The notes below the pieces were generated by a model. It did no database searches. It saw only the letters and a program-made list of their open reading frames with translations, and was not told where the DNA came from. Source: Clostridia bacterium (GTDB lineage Bacteria; Bacillota; Clostridia; DUPQ01). From it: DNA of 45,810 nt. Positions 26,059 to 40,317 of the stretch are shown here, piece after piece. The stretch spans positions 1 through 45,810 of the forward strand of contig JAWOIG010000225.1 of assembly GCA_046484775.1 (NCBI GenBank), given 5' to 3'. Both the position numbers and the translations under genes were made by a program. How positions within the stretch are numbered: position 1 is the first letter of the stretch; every line of letters starts with the position of its first letter.

Positions 26059-28212
26059 TCAGGCCTTCCTGACCATAAGCCTGTATTTCATCCGTATATG
26101 CCTGATATCCTTTATATCGTCGAACCTGACGGCATATTCGCCTTTTTCATTATCAACCCCGACAACCTCGCCCTGATTCCACACCGGGTGCAGCACGATA
26201 TCGCCCGCTCTGAAACCTCCTCCGGCCGGCGCCATCGTTCCCCGGGCCTTTTCCCTTGTTATCTCAAGCACTTCCGGATCGATTTTCCCCTCCCTCACAA
26301 CCATCCCGTCGCCGATTTCAAGGAGAAACCTTGACGGATACTTGAACCCGCCTCCGTTCAGTGCGCCCTCGGACTCGGTCAGGAACAATGCTTTCCTTGC
26401 CCTTGTGACCGCAACGTATGCAAGCCGCCTTTCCTCCTCCAGGGCTTTCAGCTTTCTTTCCTGCAGAGCCCTGGCATTTGGAATTATATCCTCGGACATG
26501 CCAAAAATGAATACATAGGGGAACTCAAGTCCCTTGGCTACATGAATGGTCATCAGCTTCACCCTGTTGCCGTCGTCCCCGAGGTCGGCGTCGGTATACA
26601 GGGACAGGTCCTGAAGGTATTCGTCAAGGGGGACATCCTCGCCGGCGGCCTGTTCGTAATTAATCAGATAAGTCATGAATTCCGAGATATTATCGAGCCT
26701 GGTATTGTCTCCGTCCCTTCTGTAAAACTCCATGAAACCACTCTTAATAAGAAGAGATGAAGCGATTTCCGATATGGTCATCCTGCCCTTAAGCGCTTTC
26801 ATTGCTTCGATGAGATCTATATACTCGTCCGGCTTGCAGCCATGGAAAATCACATTCCCGGAATGTTTTGAAAAAGCATCGTAAAGCGAAATTCCTTCGA
26901 CGGCTGCCTCTTCTCTGATAAAATCAATTTTCTTTCTTCCTATTCCCCTTGGAGGAAAGTTGACCGTCCTGAGGAAAGATATGTCGTCGGCCCCGGAAAG
27001 CATCCGAAGATAAGCCATTATATCCTTGATTTCCCTGCGTTCGAAAAACTTGACGCCGCTGTATACCACATAATCAAGCTTTTCCCTGATCAAGGCCTGC
27101 TCCAGCGCCCGCGACAGGTAATTCGCCCTATAGAGAATCGCTATGTCGTTAAGAGATGCTCCTTGTTCCAAAAGATGCCTTATGCGGCCGATCACCCATT
27201 TGGTCTCTTCATCCTCGTTCATTCCATGGAAATGGATTGCCATGGGACCGGGGGCGTTCTTCGTATGCATATCCTTGTCGACGCGCATTTTATTGTTTTT
27301 TATTATGGAATTGCCGACATCCAGAATCTGCGGGGTCGACCTGTAGTTCCTGTCCATCACTATGCTTTTTGCCTCAGGAAAAATTTTTTGGAAATCAACT
27401 ATGAATTCGGGTCTGGCCCCCCTCCATTCATATATCGTCTGATCCGGATCCCCTACCACAAACAGATTGCCACGGCCCTTTGACAACAGGGAAACAAGCC
27501 GAAACTGCTTGGCGTCGCTGTCCTGGAATTCATCAACCTGTATATAGTGCAGCCTATCCCTCCATTTTCCCAGAACATCCGCATGGTTTTCCAATATGTG
27601 CAGTGCAAAGTTTATCAAGTCGTCAAAATCAAGGGCATAGTTTTTCTTTTGCTTCTTCAGATAGCCATGGAATATTTTTTCAGACAGGTCCGATGAGCGC
27701 GATATCTGCTCATCCAGCGATTCAAACGACTCCATGCGGTCAATGTACGAGTGGTTGTCCTTCTTTGCGGCGATGAAGTCCAGGCAATTTTTAAAAGTCA
27801 GGTTTTTCGCGGTTATTCCCATTTCACCGTAGATTTCCCGCAGAAGCATCCGCTGGTCCTGCTCGTCCATTATTGCGAATCCCCTGGGATAGTAGAGCTT
27901 GTTTATGTCTTCCCTGAGAACCTTGACGCAGAATCCGTGGTATGTGCATACCAGGCTTATGGGCTCGTCAGTCCCGATGAGACTGCGCACCCTGTTCCTC
28001 ATCTCATTCGCAGCCTTGTTTGTAAAGGTTACGCAAAGAATATTGGACGGGCTTATCCCAAGCCCTTCCACAAGATAGGCATACCGCCTTGTAAGCGCCC
28101 TTGTCTTGCCGGAACCCGCCCCGGCGACAACACGGACATAGCCCTCAGTCGCCCTGACCGCCAAAAGCTGCGCGTCGTTCAATCCGCCAAGCAATTCCCC
28201 CATCGCATCCAT
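26059..28212 (-). CDS. UvrD/PcrA-type superfamily-1 DNA helicase
   Basis: Walker A AGAGSGKT, TFTNKAANEM, the DEFQD box, VGDPDQTIYEWRGA and a C-terminal Tudor-like GDIVLHPVWNQGEVVGV segment. Confidence 0.93.
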   Translation of the reverse strand: MDAMGELLGGLNDAQLLAVRATEGYVRVVAGAGSGKTRALTRRYAYLVEGLGISPSNILCVTFTNKAANEMRNRVRSLIGTDEPISLVCTYHGFCVKVLREDINKLYYPRGFAIMDEQDQRMLLREIYGEMGITAKNLTFKNCLDFIAAKKDNHSYIDRMESFESLDEQISRSSDLSEKIFHGYLKKQKKNYALDFDDLINFALHILENHADVLGKWRDRLHYIQVDEFQDSDAKQFRLVSLLSKGRGNLFVVGDPDQTIYEWRGARPEFIVDFQKIFPEAKSIVMDRNYRSTPQILDVGNSIIKNNKMRVDKDMHTKNAPGPMAIHFHGMNEDEETKWVIGRIRHLLEQGASLNDIAILYRANYLSRALEQALIREKLDYVVYSGVKFFERREIKDIMAYLRMLSGADDISFLRTVNFPPRGIGRKKIDFIREEAAVEGISLYDAFSKHSGNVIFHGCKPDEYIDLIEAMKALKGRMTISEIASSLLIKSGFMEFYRRDGDNTRLDNISEFMTYLINYEQAAGEDVPLDEYLQDLSLYTDADLGDDGNRVKLMTIHVAKGLEFPYVFIFGMSEDIIPNARALQERKLKALEEERRLAYVAVTRARKALFLTESEGALNGGGFKYPSRFLLEIGDGMVVREGKIDPEVLEITREKARGTMAPAGGGFRAGDIVLHPVWNQGEVVGVDNEKGEYAVRFDDIKDIRHIRMKYRLMVRKA

Positions 28213-28380
28213 ATCCGGATTATATCATCCGAACATGCGTTCCGCAAGAGGCCTCGATTGATTTGATGCAAAATAAAGAATTCGCAATAAACTCACCGTA
28301 CATTTCAGGAAAAATCAAAATGTCGGAACGGATTGCCGACTAAAAGCGCACCGTGGTGTATAATTTGACAAGGAGGCGGC

Positions 28381-29076
28381 ATGGATATAACGCGAAAGTA
28401 TTTTGATTCGTTCCAGCTTAAGATGATTGCGGCGTGCGCAATGGCAATAGACCATACCGCGCATCTGTTTTTTCCGGCGGAGATATATATGCGCTGCATC
28501 GGCCGCCTGGCCTTCCCGATCTTTGCTTTTCTGATCGCCGAAGGTTACCGGCGAACGGGAGATGCCGCCAGATATATGCTCAGGCTGTTCATATTCGCGG
28601 TGATCTCCCAGGTGCCCTACCAGCTCATGGTGGGAAGCCCGGGCTCAATAAACCCCAATGTGATGTTCACGCTCCTGTTCGGACTCCTTGCGATATATGC
28701 AATCGACAAATGGAACCCGGCCGCCCGCATTCTGCTGCCCGTATTGCTTGCGGTTACAGCGCAGACAATGGCCTTTGACCACGGCGCCTTCGGCGTCCTG
28801 CTTGTCATCGCATTTTATCTGACCAAGGACAGAATGAGTCTTCGAAATATTGCCGCTGCGATTTTGATACTGCTTTTTTCAACATATTACCTTGCCTATG
28901 GCGGAATAAACAGCACAGGATGGCTTATAGTGCTGTTCTATCTGGCGGCATTGCCGGCAATCAGCCTTTATAACAATAAAAAAGGAATATCGAATCCCTT
29001 CACTAAATGGTTCTTCTATATATTTTATCCCTCGCATATCATTATTCTGCTCATCATCCGGCACTTTGCAGGATAA
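28381..29076 (+). CDS. TraX-family membrane protein
   Basis: LKMIAACAMAIDH is typical of TraX. It is polytopic, with SD AAGGAGG before the ATG. Confidence 0.85.
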   Translation: MDITRKYFDSFQLKMIAACAMAIDHTAHLFFPAEIYMRCIGRLAFPIFAFLIAEGYRRTGDAARYMLRLFIFAVISQVPYQLMVGSPGSINPNVMFTLLFGLLAIYAIDKWNPAARILLPVLLAVTAQTMAFDHGAFGVLLVIAFYLTKDRMSLRNIAAAILILLFSTYYLAYGGINSTGWLIVLFYLAALPAISLYNNKKGISNPFTKWFFYIFYPSHIIILLIIRHFAG

Positions 29077-29108
29077 TGAATCGAATCCCATAAACGTTGC
29101 ATTCGGGG

Positions 29109-29657
29109 TCAAACCTCGGAGGGACCGTCCAAAAGGCTGTACTCCGCGCTTTTCATCAGGCTGACCATAAGAACATATGAGATTATGCTCAGGATGAAGA
29201 ACGGAATGAACAGAACCGCCGCAAGAACCGGGACGACTATAAATAAAATCAATAATATATTTACCGCAAGGAAAAGACCCCACCTGTTCGATGCCTTCGA
29301 TGCAAGCCCTTCGTTTCCCGCCTTTTCCGCCTCATTCCTGATACCCATGCATATTCCCCTGACCATCAGGATGATGAGCAGAGTCAGCGCCAGGCCGAAT
29401 ATAATTCCAAGGAGGTTAGCTTCCGAAGATGGAGCCTGGTATAAATCGAACACCGACATGAAGATCAACGGAAGGGCAAGATTGCCTGCCCTTTTGAATT
29501 CGATATTCCTGCCGGACAAAGCCCTGAGTCCGATATATATGAAAATAAACCCGATGAAATCAGGTAATATGTCGAATCCGCCAATCCTAAAATCAAACAA
29601 AAAAATAAAACCCCAGAAAAGTTTCCTGTAACTCATTCGATTCCTGTTTTCAAGCAT
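29109..29657 (-). CDS. hypothetical 4-5 TM membrane protein (182 aa)
   Basis: Hydrophobic segments such as FWGFIFLFDFRIGGFDILPDFIGFIFIYIGL. The ATG at 29657 lies 5 nt after GAAGGAGA. It overlaps the upstream small gene by 8 nt. Confidence 0.65.
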   Translation of the reverse strand: MLENRNRMSYRKLFWGFIFLFDFRIGGFDILPDFIGFIFIYIGLRALSGRNIEFKRAGNLALPLIFMSVFDLYQAPSSEANLLGIIFGLALTLLIILMVRGICMGIRNEAEKAGNEGLASKASNRWGLFLAVNILLILFIVVPVLAAVLFIPFFILSIISYVLMVSLMKSAEYSLLDGPSEV

Positions 29658-29850
29658 TCCCGTCTCCTTCGTTCCTGCATTTCGGGCATTCCCATACCTC
29701 TGTGTTCTCAACCTTCGACTGCAGTTCCATAGGGGTGCCGCATTTTTCGCACAGGGGCTTTTTTGACGGTTGTACCCTCCTGGAATTAATTAGCATCCTG
29801 TATCCGAAATATATGATTGCCGCTCCTATGAGCAGATACCACCAGTGCAT
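29650..29850 (-). CDS. small membrane-anchored zinc-ribbon protein (66 aa)
   Basis: N-terminal TM helix WWYLLIGAAIIYFGY, then CEKCG...CPKC. The ATG directly abuts the CYTH stop (TGAATG). Confidence 0.6.
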   Translation of the reverse strand: MHWWYLLIGAAIIYFGYRMLINSRRVQPSKKPLCEKCGTPMELQSKVENTEVWECPKCRNEGDGNA

Positions 29851-30447
29851 TCAGTTTCCCTTCCCCGGCAGCCCTGCGATGAATCTTCCGTATTTCGACC
29901 TGCCGGTTTCCCTGCCTTCAATGCCAACCCCTTTTCCCTTAAGTATACCAAGCGCATGCCCGTACATGCTTTCGTCAATCTCCCATTCAAGCTCGTAATC
30001 CACAATACCCAGATATGAGTTCCTGTCGACTTCAGCCATCGGGAGTCCTGTGTCCATGACCACTTTCTTCCTAAGCGTAGCCAATGTACCAACCGGAAGC
30101 AATTCAAGGCCGGCGATATCGGGAAATGCCGTCAGATACTCATTGATTCTGAATCTTCCGCCAAGTATTTCAGCGGCTTCCACGACATCCAGAATTATAT
30201 TGTTTTCCGTCATGGATGCGATTCCCTCCCTGGCGGCAAAAAGGCCCGTTGCCTTTACCGTCAGCTCAAAACCGCCGTTTTTGTTCCTGATTCTCAACAT
30301 CCTGCGCGCCTTGTAAAGGTCAAGCCCCACCGTATCATAATAATGGTTTACCTGGAGGAAAGGCTCCTCCCCCTCAAGGTCCGCCAGATTGTTGTATTCG
30401 CTTTCCAAAAGCATAAGCTTCAGCTCATATTCCTGGTTTGTGTCCAA
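29851..30447 (-). CDS. CYTH-domain (triphosphate tunnel metalloenzyme) protein, YjbK-like
   Basis: N-terminal EYELK matches the ExExK CYTH signature. A later LRIR...ELTVK strand pattern and the 198-aa length also fit. Confidence 0.8.
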   Translation of the reverse strand: MDTNQEYELKLMLLESEYNNLADLEGEEPFLQVNHYYDTVGLDLYKARRMLRIRNKNGGFELTVKATGLFAAREGIASMTENNIILDVVEAAEILGGRFRINEYLTAFPDIAGLELLPVGTLATLRKKVVMDTGLPMAEVDRNSYLGIVDYELEWEIDESMYGHALGILKGKGVGIEGRETGRSKYGRFIAGLPGKGN

Positions 30448-30553
30448 TCTCAGCTCCTCCGCAGACAGGGATGCCGGTTCGTAATCTTGCCCTGTGTTAT
30501 GGCTTAATTATACCATACATGCCCTGCGCGCATGCCTGTGGTATAATCTGCAC

Positions 30554-32830
30554 ATGGAAAATAGCAATACAAGAATTGAACTTCTGGCGCCTGCCGGCAG
30601 CCCCGCATCCCTTCAGGCAGCGGTCGCCTCCGGCGCCGACGCCGTTTACCTCGGGCTGACCGGGTTCAATGCCCGTCTTGGAGCTGAAAACTTCGAGCGT
30701 GAAAACCTGCGGGAACACATTGAATACTGCCATATACGCGGGGTCAGGTTATATCTGACGCTCAACACTCTGTTATATGACGACGAAATGGCTGAGGCGT
30801 TTGAAACCGCATGCTTTGCATATGAAAATGGAATCGACGCCGTCATAGTGCAGGACATGGGATTGGCTTCCCTGCTTTCGGAACAATTGCCGGACCTTGC
30901 CCTTCATGCCAGCACACAGTGCAGCATCACCGGACTGTCGGGAGCCGAATACATGAAATCGGCGGGATTTTCACGCGTAGTGCTTGCGCGCGAGGCCTCT
31001 CCCGATGAAATCAGGAGGACCGCCGCATCAGGCATCGATGTCGAGGTCTTTGTGCATGGAGCCCGATGCTACAGTTATTCGGGACAGTGCCTCATGAGCT
31101 CTATGCTCGGAGGAAGGAGCGGCAACCGGGGAGCCTGCGCCCAGCCCTGCAGACTGCCGTATGAACTGACCGATTCAAAGGACGGGATTTTGCTGAGGGG
31201 TCATGCGCTCAGCCTAAAGGACATAAGCTACATTGATTTCCTCGATGAATTAAAGCATATGGGTGTCCGTTCCCTGAAAATCGAGGGACGCATGAAGAAT
31301 CCCGAGTATGTGGCCGCCGTAGTCGGTATTTACAGAAAATACCTTGATATGGAAGGAAAACCGGCCGTTTCTGAAACCGACCGGAATGATCTGCTCAAGG
31401 CCTTCAACCGCGATGGTTTTTCAAACGGTATTTTTTCAAGCCGGCCCCGTGAATCTGCTTTTTCACATTCATCCCCGTCAAACAGCGGCGCACCGGTCGG
31501 AAAGGTCATTGAAACACAAAAAGACGGGACAAGCGTGGTATTCAATGAGGAAATAGATAAAAGCGACGGGTTGAGAATCGGAACGGAGGGAGGCTATGCC
31601 GGCAGAAACATTCCGCTCGGAATCCCCTCTTTCATTAATATCGACGGGAAACCCGGAGATATTGTATTTCGCACCAGGGACATCGCCTTCGATAAAAAAT
31701 ACAGCCTGTCCGAAGTCATGGAAAGAGAGAAAAAACTACCGGTGCATATTACGGCTTCCGTCAGGATAAATGAAGAATTGCGGATTGACATCAGCGATGA
31801 GGATGGCAATGTTTCGACTGCTGAATCGTCCGTCAAGGCGCAGGCGGCTGTTTCAATCGGAACCGGTTCCGACAGAATCACATCGCAGCTTCAGAAGACG
31901 GGAAACACTCCATATGCCGTGGAATCAGTCGGGCTTGAATGCGACGACGGGGTCTTTGTCAGAATTTCCGACATCAATGAACTCCGCAGAAAAGCCCTTG
32001 CCGGGCTTGATGAAATCCGCAAGGGTCCACTGCGGGAAGTCAAATGCGAACCTCCCCGGCCTTTGAATGACCATAGGAAATATTATTCCCGTCCATCCAT
32101 AAGCCTTTGCCTGTATAAATTGCCGCACGGCCTGGATGTGTCGCGTACAAAGGCCGCAAGAATATATGCCGATGCCTCCCTGGGAGAGAAAAATCTTGAA
32201 TTTCTCGGAACCAAATGCAGGGAATCCGGCATTGAATTTTTCATCCACCTCCCTTTTCATATGGAAAAACCGCCTGCGGCTGAATGCGGCGGCTATATGG
32301 TGGAAAACCATGGACAACTCCGTTTTGCGGAAGGTTTTAAGGCAGCGCTTGGTTCCGGATTCAACATCAGCAATTCGTATTCAGCAGCTTTTTACGACGG
32401 CTTTCCGATAATATCCGTTTCACCGGAAATGAATGCCGCCAGATTACGCAGCATGGTTCATCCGCCCGGAAGCAACCTGGAAATCACGGTATACGGCAGG
32501 CTTCAGGTCATGGAATCACCCTATTGCCCCGCTTTTGACATATGCAAGGGAGACCTTTGCCTTAAGACCGACCTCAGTCTTTCAGACAGAAAAGGCGAGA
32601 AGTGGCCGATGCTCTGCGATCCTGTTTCACACAATGCAAGAATCTTCAATCCCCACAGGATATTGCTGGCAGAGGAAGCACCCGGATTGCTTGAGAGCGG
32701 AATCGGCATGATGAGGGTCAATATTTTCGATGAGACCGCTGAAGAAGTGTATGAAATAACAAACGCATGCCTTGAAGGCCGTCGTCCTTCGCTTAATCCA
32801 GGCTACAAGTTCACACGGGGCCATTATTGA
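30554..32830 (+). CDS. peptidase U32-family protein (long form)
   Basis: ELLAPAGSPASLQAAVASGADAVYLG, a Cys-rich CYSYSGQC...CAQPC segment and KIEGRMK. The ATG at 30554 begins MENSNTRIELLAP; the track start at 30494 is a TTG-type extension. Confidence 0.9.
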   Translation: MENSNTRIELLAPAGSPASLQAAVASGADAVYLGLTGFNARLGAENFERENLREHIEYCHIRGVRLYLTLNTLLYDDEMAEAFETACFAYENGIDAVIVQDMGLASLLSEQLPDLALHASTQCSITGLSGAEYMKSAGFSRVVLAREASPDEIRRTAASGIDVEVFVHGARCYSYSGQCLMSSMLGGRSGNRGACAQPCRLPYELTDSKDGILLRGHALSLKDISYIDFLDELKHMGVRSLKIEGRMKNPEYVAAVVGIYRKYLDMEGKPAVSETDRNDLLKAFNRDGFSNGIFSSRPRESAFSHSSPSNSGAPVGKVIETQKDGTSVVFNEEIDKSDGLRIGTEGGYAGRNIPLGIPSFINIDGKPGDIVFRTRDIAFDKKYSLSEVMEREKKLPVHITASVRINEELRIDISDEDGNVSTAESSVKAQAAVSIGTGSDRITSQLQKTGNTPYAVESVGLECDDGVFVRISDINELRRKALAGLDEIRKGPLREVKCEPPRPLNDHRKYYSRPSISLCLYKLPHGLDVSRTKAARIYADASLGEKNLEFLGTKCRESGIEFFIHLPFHMEKPPAAECGGYMVENHGQLRFAEGFKAALGSGFNISNSYSAAFYDGFPIISVSPEMNAARLRSMVHPPGSNLEITVYGRLQVMESPYCPAFDICKGDLCLKTDLSLSDRKGEKWPMLCDPVSHNARIFNPHRILLAEEAPGLLESGIGMMRVNIFDETAEEVYEITNACLEGRRPSLNPGYKFTRGHY

Positions 32831-32948
32831 TCCTAAAACCTGCCTGCGTCAGATAAAATTTTCAATTCTCCAATTCAGTCCATTTTGGATTCCCGGAAAT
32901 ACGTTTTTGCGGCCGGCATGAATTCAGGACAATACTGCGTATGTCAGT

Positions 32949-33245
32949 TCATCCCAATGTTATCTCTTTGCCCAAAGGATATTTGATATTGTTCTTAATA
33001 AGTTTTTTCCTGATTATTTCCTCGGGATCCACACCCAGAGCCTCGGCTGCCATTATTGAATATATCATGATGTCCGCGATTTCATCGCAGACATTCTCAT
33101 AATCGTAATCGTTGCTCCACTGAAAGTTTTCCAGCAGTTCGGCTGCTTCGATCGATATTGATTTTGCAAGGTTGTCAAGCGTATGATATCTCTTCCAGTT
33201 CCTGTCATCCCTGAATCCAATGATTTCGTCAACGATTTTTTTCAT
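32949..33245 (-). CDS. MazG-like nucleotide pyrophosphohydrolase (small, single domain)
   Basis: FRDDRNW...LAKSISIEAAELLENFQW...EIADIMIY carries the EExxE/D metal-binding helices of MazG/dCTPase-like proteins. Confidence 0.82.
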   Translation of the reverse strand: MKKIVDEIIGFRDDRNWKRYHTLDNLAKSISIEAAELLENFQWSNDYDYENVCDEIADIMIYSIMAAEALGVDPEEIIRKKLIKNNIKYPLGKEITLG

Positions 33246-33258
33246 TTTATCCCTCCGT

Positions 33259-34617
33259 TTATGCCGATTCCCCGGCCTTTTCCTGCAGACGTCCCAGCCG
33301 TCTCATTGCGATTCCCCAGGCTGCGCCGGCTGAAACCACAAGCGATATCAGCAGCGCCGCGAATATACCCGCAAGGCCAAGCAGCCGGTTGCCCAGGTAT
33401 GCCAGGGGAACGAATATTGCGAACATTTGTCCCAGATTGATGGCTGCGGCGACATAAGGCCTTCTCATTACATTCAATAAAGCCGACGACATGAGTATTA
33501 TCCCCTTGAAACCAAGTCCCAGCGCCACGATTCTTAAATACAGCGCCGTTGTACCTATAACCGCGGGATCGTCCGAAAACAATCCGGCCAGCACTGCAGC
33601 CAGAGGCAGGATGACCAGATAAAGGGCTGTCTGCAGAATCAATGAAAACACATTTGAATATTTGAAGATCTTTCTGACACGGCCCGGATTTCCCGCTCCG
33701 ATATTCTGCCCGGCGAAAGGAACAATCACTGAAGACAGGGCCATGGTTATGATGAGGATGAAATTCTCCATCTTCGTTGCGATTCCATATCCCGCGACAG
33801 CCGCAACGCCATAGGATGCCACCATGCCGGTAATTATACCGCTCCCGATGGGAAGAATTATCCTTGATAATCCGTCGGGAAGCCCGATATTCAGTATTTC
33901 CTTCCAGTTTCCGGACATCTGGCTCATGGTTCGCTTTTGCATTACCAGAACCTTCTCCCGTCTCATCAGCACATACAGCGCTATGACAAATGTTATGAAC
34001 CTTCCGAAGACGGTTGCCAGCGCGGCTCCCGGAACGCCAAGCTCGGGAAACGGACCTATGCCGAAAATCAACAGAGGGTCGAGCACGGCATTGGTTATGC
34101 TGGCTATAAGCATTACGATCCCGGGAGTCCTGGTGTCCCCCAAAGCCCTGATTATGCCGTTCCCAACCATTGGAAACACAACGAAAACCAGCCCCGGAAG
34201 CCAGATCGTCATGTATTGCATTATTATGGGTATGAGGTCCTGTTCCGCTTTCATCAAACCAAGAACGGGTCTCAGTATTATAAATCCGATGATGATAAAA
34301 AATATCACGCATATCAGCGACAGCAGCATGCTGTCGAATACCAGGGATTTCAGTTTTTCCGGCTCGTTCCTGCCCGCAACCTTGGAAACAACCGCCGTGA
34401 CGCCGGTGCTTATTCCAAGCGTGAGGCTGCTGAAGGTCATGACTATCGGGAAAGTGAACGACAGCGCGGCAAGTTCCCTTGTCCCTATAAGCCCGACAAA
34501 AAAAGTATCTACGAGATTAAAGATCGTCATCCCAAGAATCCCGAATATCATCGGAAAGGTCAGACTTGTCATTTGTTTCTTTATATCGCCCTGTGTCAGG
34601 TCCCTGTTGATTTTCAT
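33259..34617 (-). CDS. MATE-family efflux transporter
   Basis: 452-aa polytopic protein with typical MATE text (IFNLVDTFFVGLIGTRELAALSFTFPI, ALGDTRTPG). Confidence 0.9.
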   Translation of the reverse strand: MKINRDLTQGDIKKQMTSLTFPMIFGILGMTIFNLVDTFFVGLIGTRELAALSFTFPIVMTFSSLTLGISTGVTAVVSKVAGRNEPEKLKSLVFDSMLLSLICVIFFIIIGFIILRPVLGLMKAEQDLIPIIMQYMTIWLPGLVFVVFPMVGNGIIRALGDTRTPGIVMLIASITNAVLDPLLIFGIGPFPELGVPGAALATVFGRFITFVIALYVLMRREKVLVMQKRTMSQMSGNWKEILNIGLPDGLSRIILPIGSGIITGMVASYGVAAVAGYGIATKMENFILIITMALSSVIVPFAGQNIGAGNPGRVRKIFKYSNVFSLILQTALYLVILPLAAVLAGLFSDDPAVIGTTALYLRIVALGLGFKGIILMSSALLNVMRRPYVAAAINLGQMFAIFVPLAYLGNRLLGLAGIFAALLISLVVSAGAAWGIAMRRLGRLQEKAGESA

Positions 34618-34703
34618 AAAATGCTTTCCATGCCGTTTTATATAAGTCTACATTAGCAGGCTTCTTTTTTAAAGAATAATGTTTGCACCCCTCATCCGGG
34701 GGG

Positions 34704-39247
<4,544 letters not shown>

Positions 39248-39425
39248 TTATACCCGTTGCCTTTCCGACCGCCTTCTTTGCTTGTCGCCATGACTTTCCG
39301 TTTTATTGAACCCTAATATCCAAATAGCTTGAAACAAGTATATATCAGCCGCATATGACAGTCAAAAACAATGAGTCAAATAAAAAGGCATGACTACCTT
39401 CGGTAATACTGCCTTTAATGAAAAA

Positions 39426-39446
39426 GGCAAGGCCGCAGGCCTTGCC
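39426..39446 (-). terminator. rho-independent terminator of the ferredoxin operon
   Basis: GGCAAGGCC-GCA-GGCCTTGCC is a perfect 9-bp stem followed by TTTTT on the minus strand. A second imperfect hairpin lies just downstream at about 39385-39418. Confidence 0.75.
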
Positions 39447-39474
39447 GGAATGTTATTCATATATTCCTTTGGAA

Positions 39475-39609
39475 TCAGTTCCCGCCGTCCTCTTCATTCG
39501 TCCTATTGTCAAACCGATGTCCATTAAAATCCACCTGCGCCAGTTCGGGCGTAAAAATTACGTTTATTCCGCATCCCGGGCATTCCTCTGTCAAGAAAAA
39601 TGTGTTCAT
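39475..39609 (-). CDS. 44-aa CPxCG-motif miniprotein (hypothetical)
   Basis: Hand translation gives MNTFFLTEECPGCGINVIFTPELAQVDFNGHRFDNRTNEEDGGN. A strong SD AAAGGAGC lies 7 nt before the ATG at 39609, and the gene sits between the ferredoxin genes and the terminator. The track version extending to 39669 has no SD. Confidence 0.5.
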   Translation of the reverse strand: MNTFFLTEECPGCGINVIFTPELAQVDFNGHRFDNRTNEEDGGN

Positions 39610-39706
39610 TGTGTTGCTCCTTTCAGCAATTTTGTTATATGTATACCTTCTGAAAAAGAAACAAAACAATAAAATATGAATTTAATAAAAATTTAACAAT
39701 ACGTAT

Positions 39707-39895
39707 TCAATATATTTCAATGGAAGATTCCGGGCACTCCTCAGCCGCCATCTCGGCGAATTCCATCAGGTCCTCCGGTATATCCAAATCCGATGCATAT
39801 GCCTTGCCGTTGGCATTGATTTCAAAAACTCCCCTTGCCATCCTGGCGCAAAAGCCGCACCCGCGGCATGTTTGTGAATCCACTGTCGCTTTCAT
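39707..39895 (-). CDS. small single-cluster ferredoxin, paralog B
   Basis: 62 aa with CRGCGFC...ECP (CxxCxxC plus a distal CP). It lacks the extra Cys pair present in paralog A. Confidence 0.85.
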   Translation of the reverse strand: MKATVDSQTCRGCGFCARMARGVFEINANGKAYASDLDIPEDLMEFAEMAAEECPESSIEIY

Positions 39896-39921
39896 TCAAT
39901 ATCTCCCGTGTTCAGGTCCAG

Positions 39922-40110
39922 TCATTCAATCTCTATGGCGTTGGTAGGGCACGATTCAGCGGCTTCCTCCGCACAACCCTCGGATGCGGATGGAATCTCC
40001 TCTGCAATCGCTACCGCCATGCCGTCATCATCCATGCTGAACACTTCCGGACATATTTGTTCACAAAGGCCGCAGCCTATGCATTCATCTTTAATTACTT
40101 TAGCAACCAT
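39922..40110 (-). CDS. small single-cluster [4Fe-4S] ferredoxin, paralog A
   Basis: 62 aa with CIGCGLCEQICP...GC...SCP, the Thermotoga/Pyrococcus-type layout. SD AAGGAGA lies upstream. Confidence 0.9.
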   Translation of the reverse strand: MVAKVIKDECIGCGLCEQICPEVFSMDDDGMAVAIAEEIPSASEGCAEEAAESCPTNAIEIE

Positions 40111-40317
40111 TTATTAATCTCCTTAATATTGATAATCAAGCAGTATCCGCCTGCCATGCAAACCTGCCATTGAATATAATAATCCACAATAATACCGATT
40201 GTCCATACAAAATGATAATGTTTCTGAAATGCATACGCATAATTCCATATTTCCTGCCGCCGTAGGTAGTATAATAGTACAAAGGCCATATCGACATACT
40301 TGGCAACGGGGGACGCG

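Noticed and set aside
33242-34312. 356-aa alternative-frame ORF on the same strand inside the MATE transporter gene
   Set aside because: The translation is an Arg/Gly/Ser/His-rich string with no hydrophobic core. The MATE frame gives a textbook 12-TM protein over the same DNA.
39418-39672. 84-aa plus-strand ORF, and the 64-aa version of the minus-strand small ORF
   Set aside because: The plus-strand ORF starts inside the terminator hairpin and is antisense to the SD-preceded 44-aa ORF. The 64-aa version adds 20 residues (MFCFFFRRYTYNK...) upstream of the real SD.
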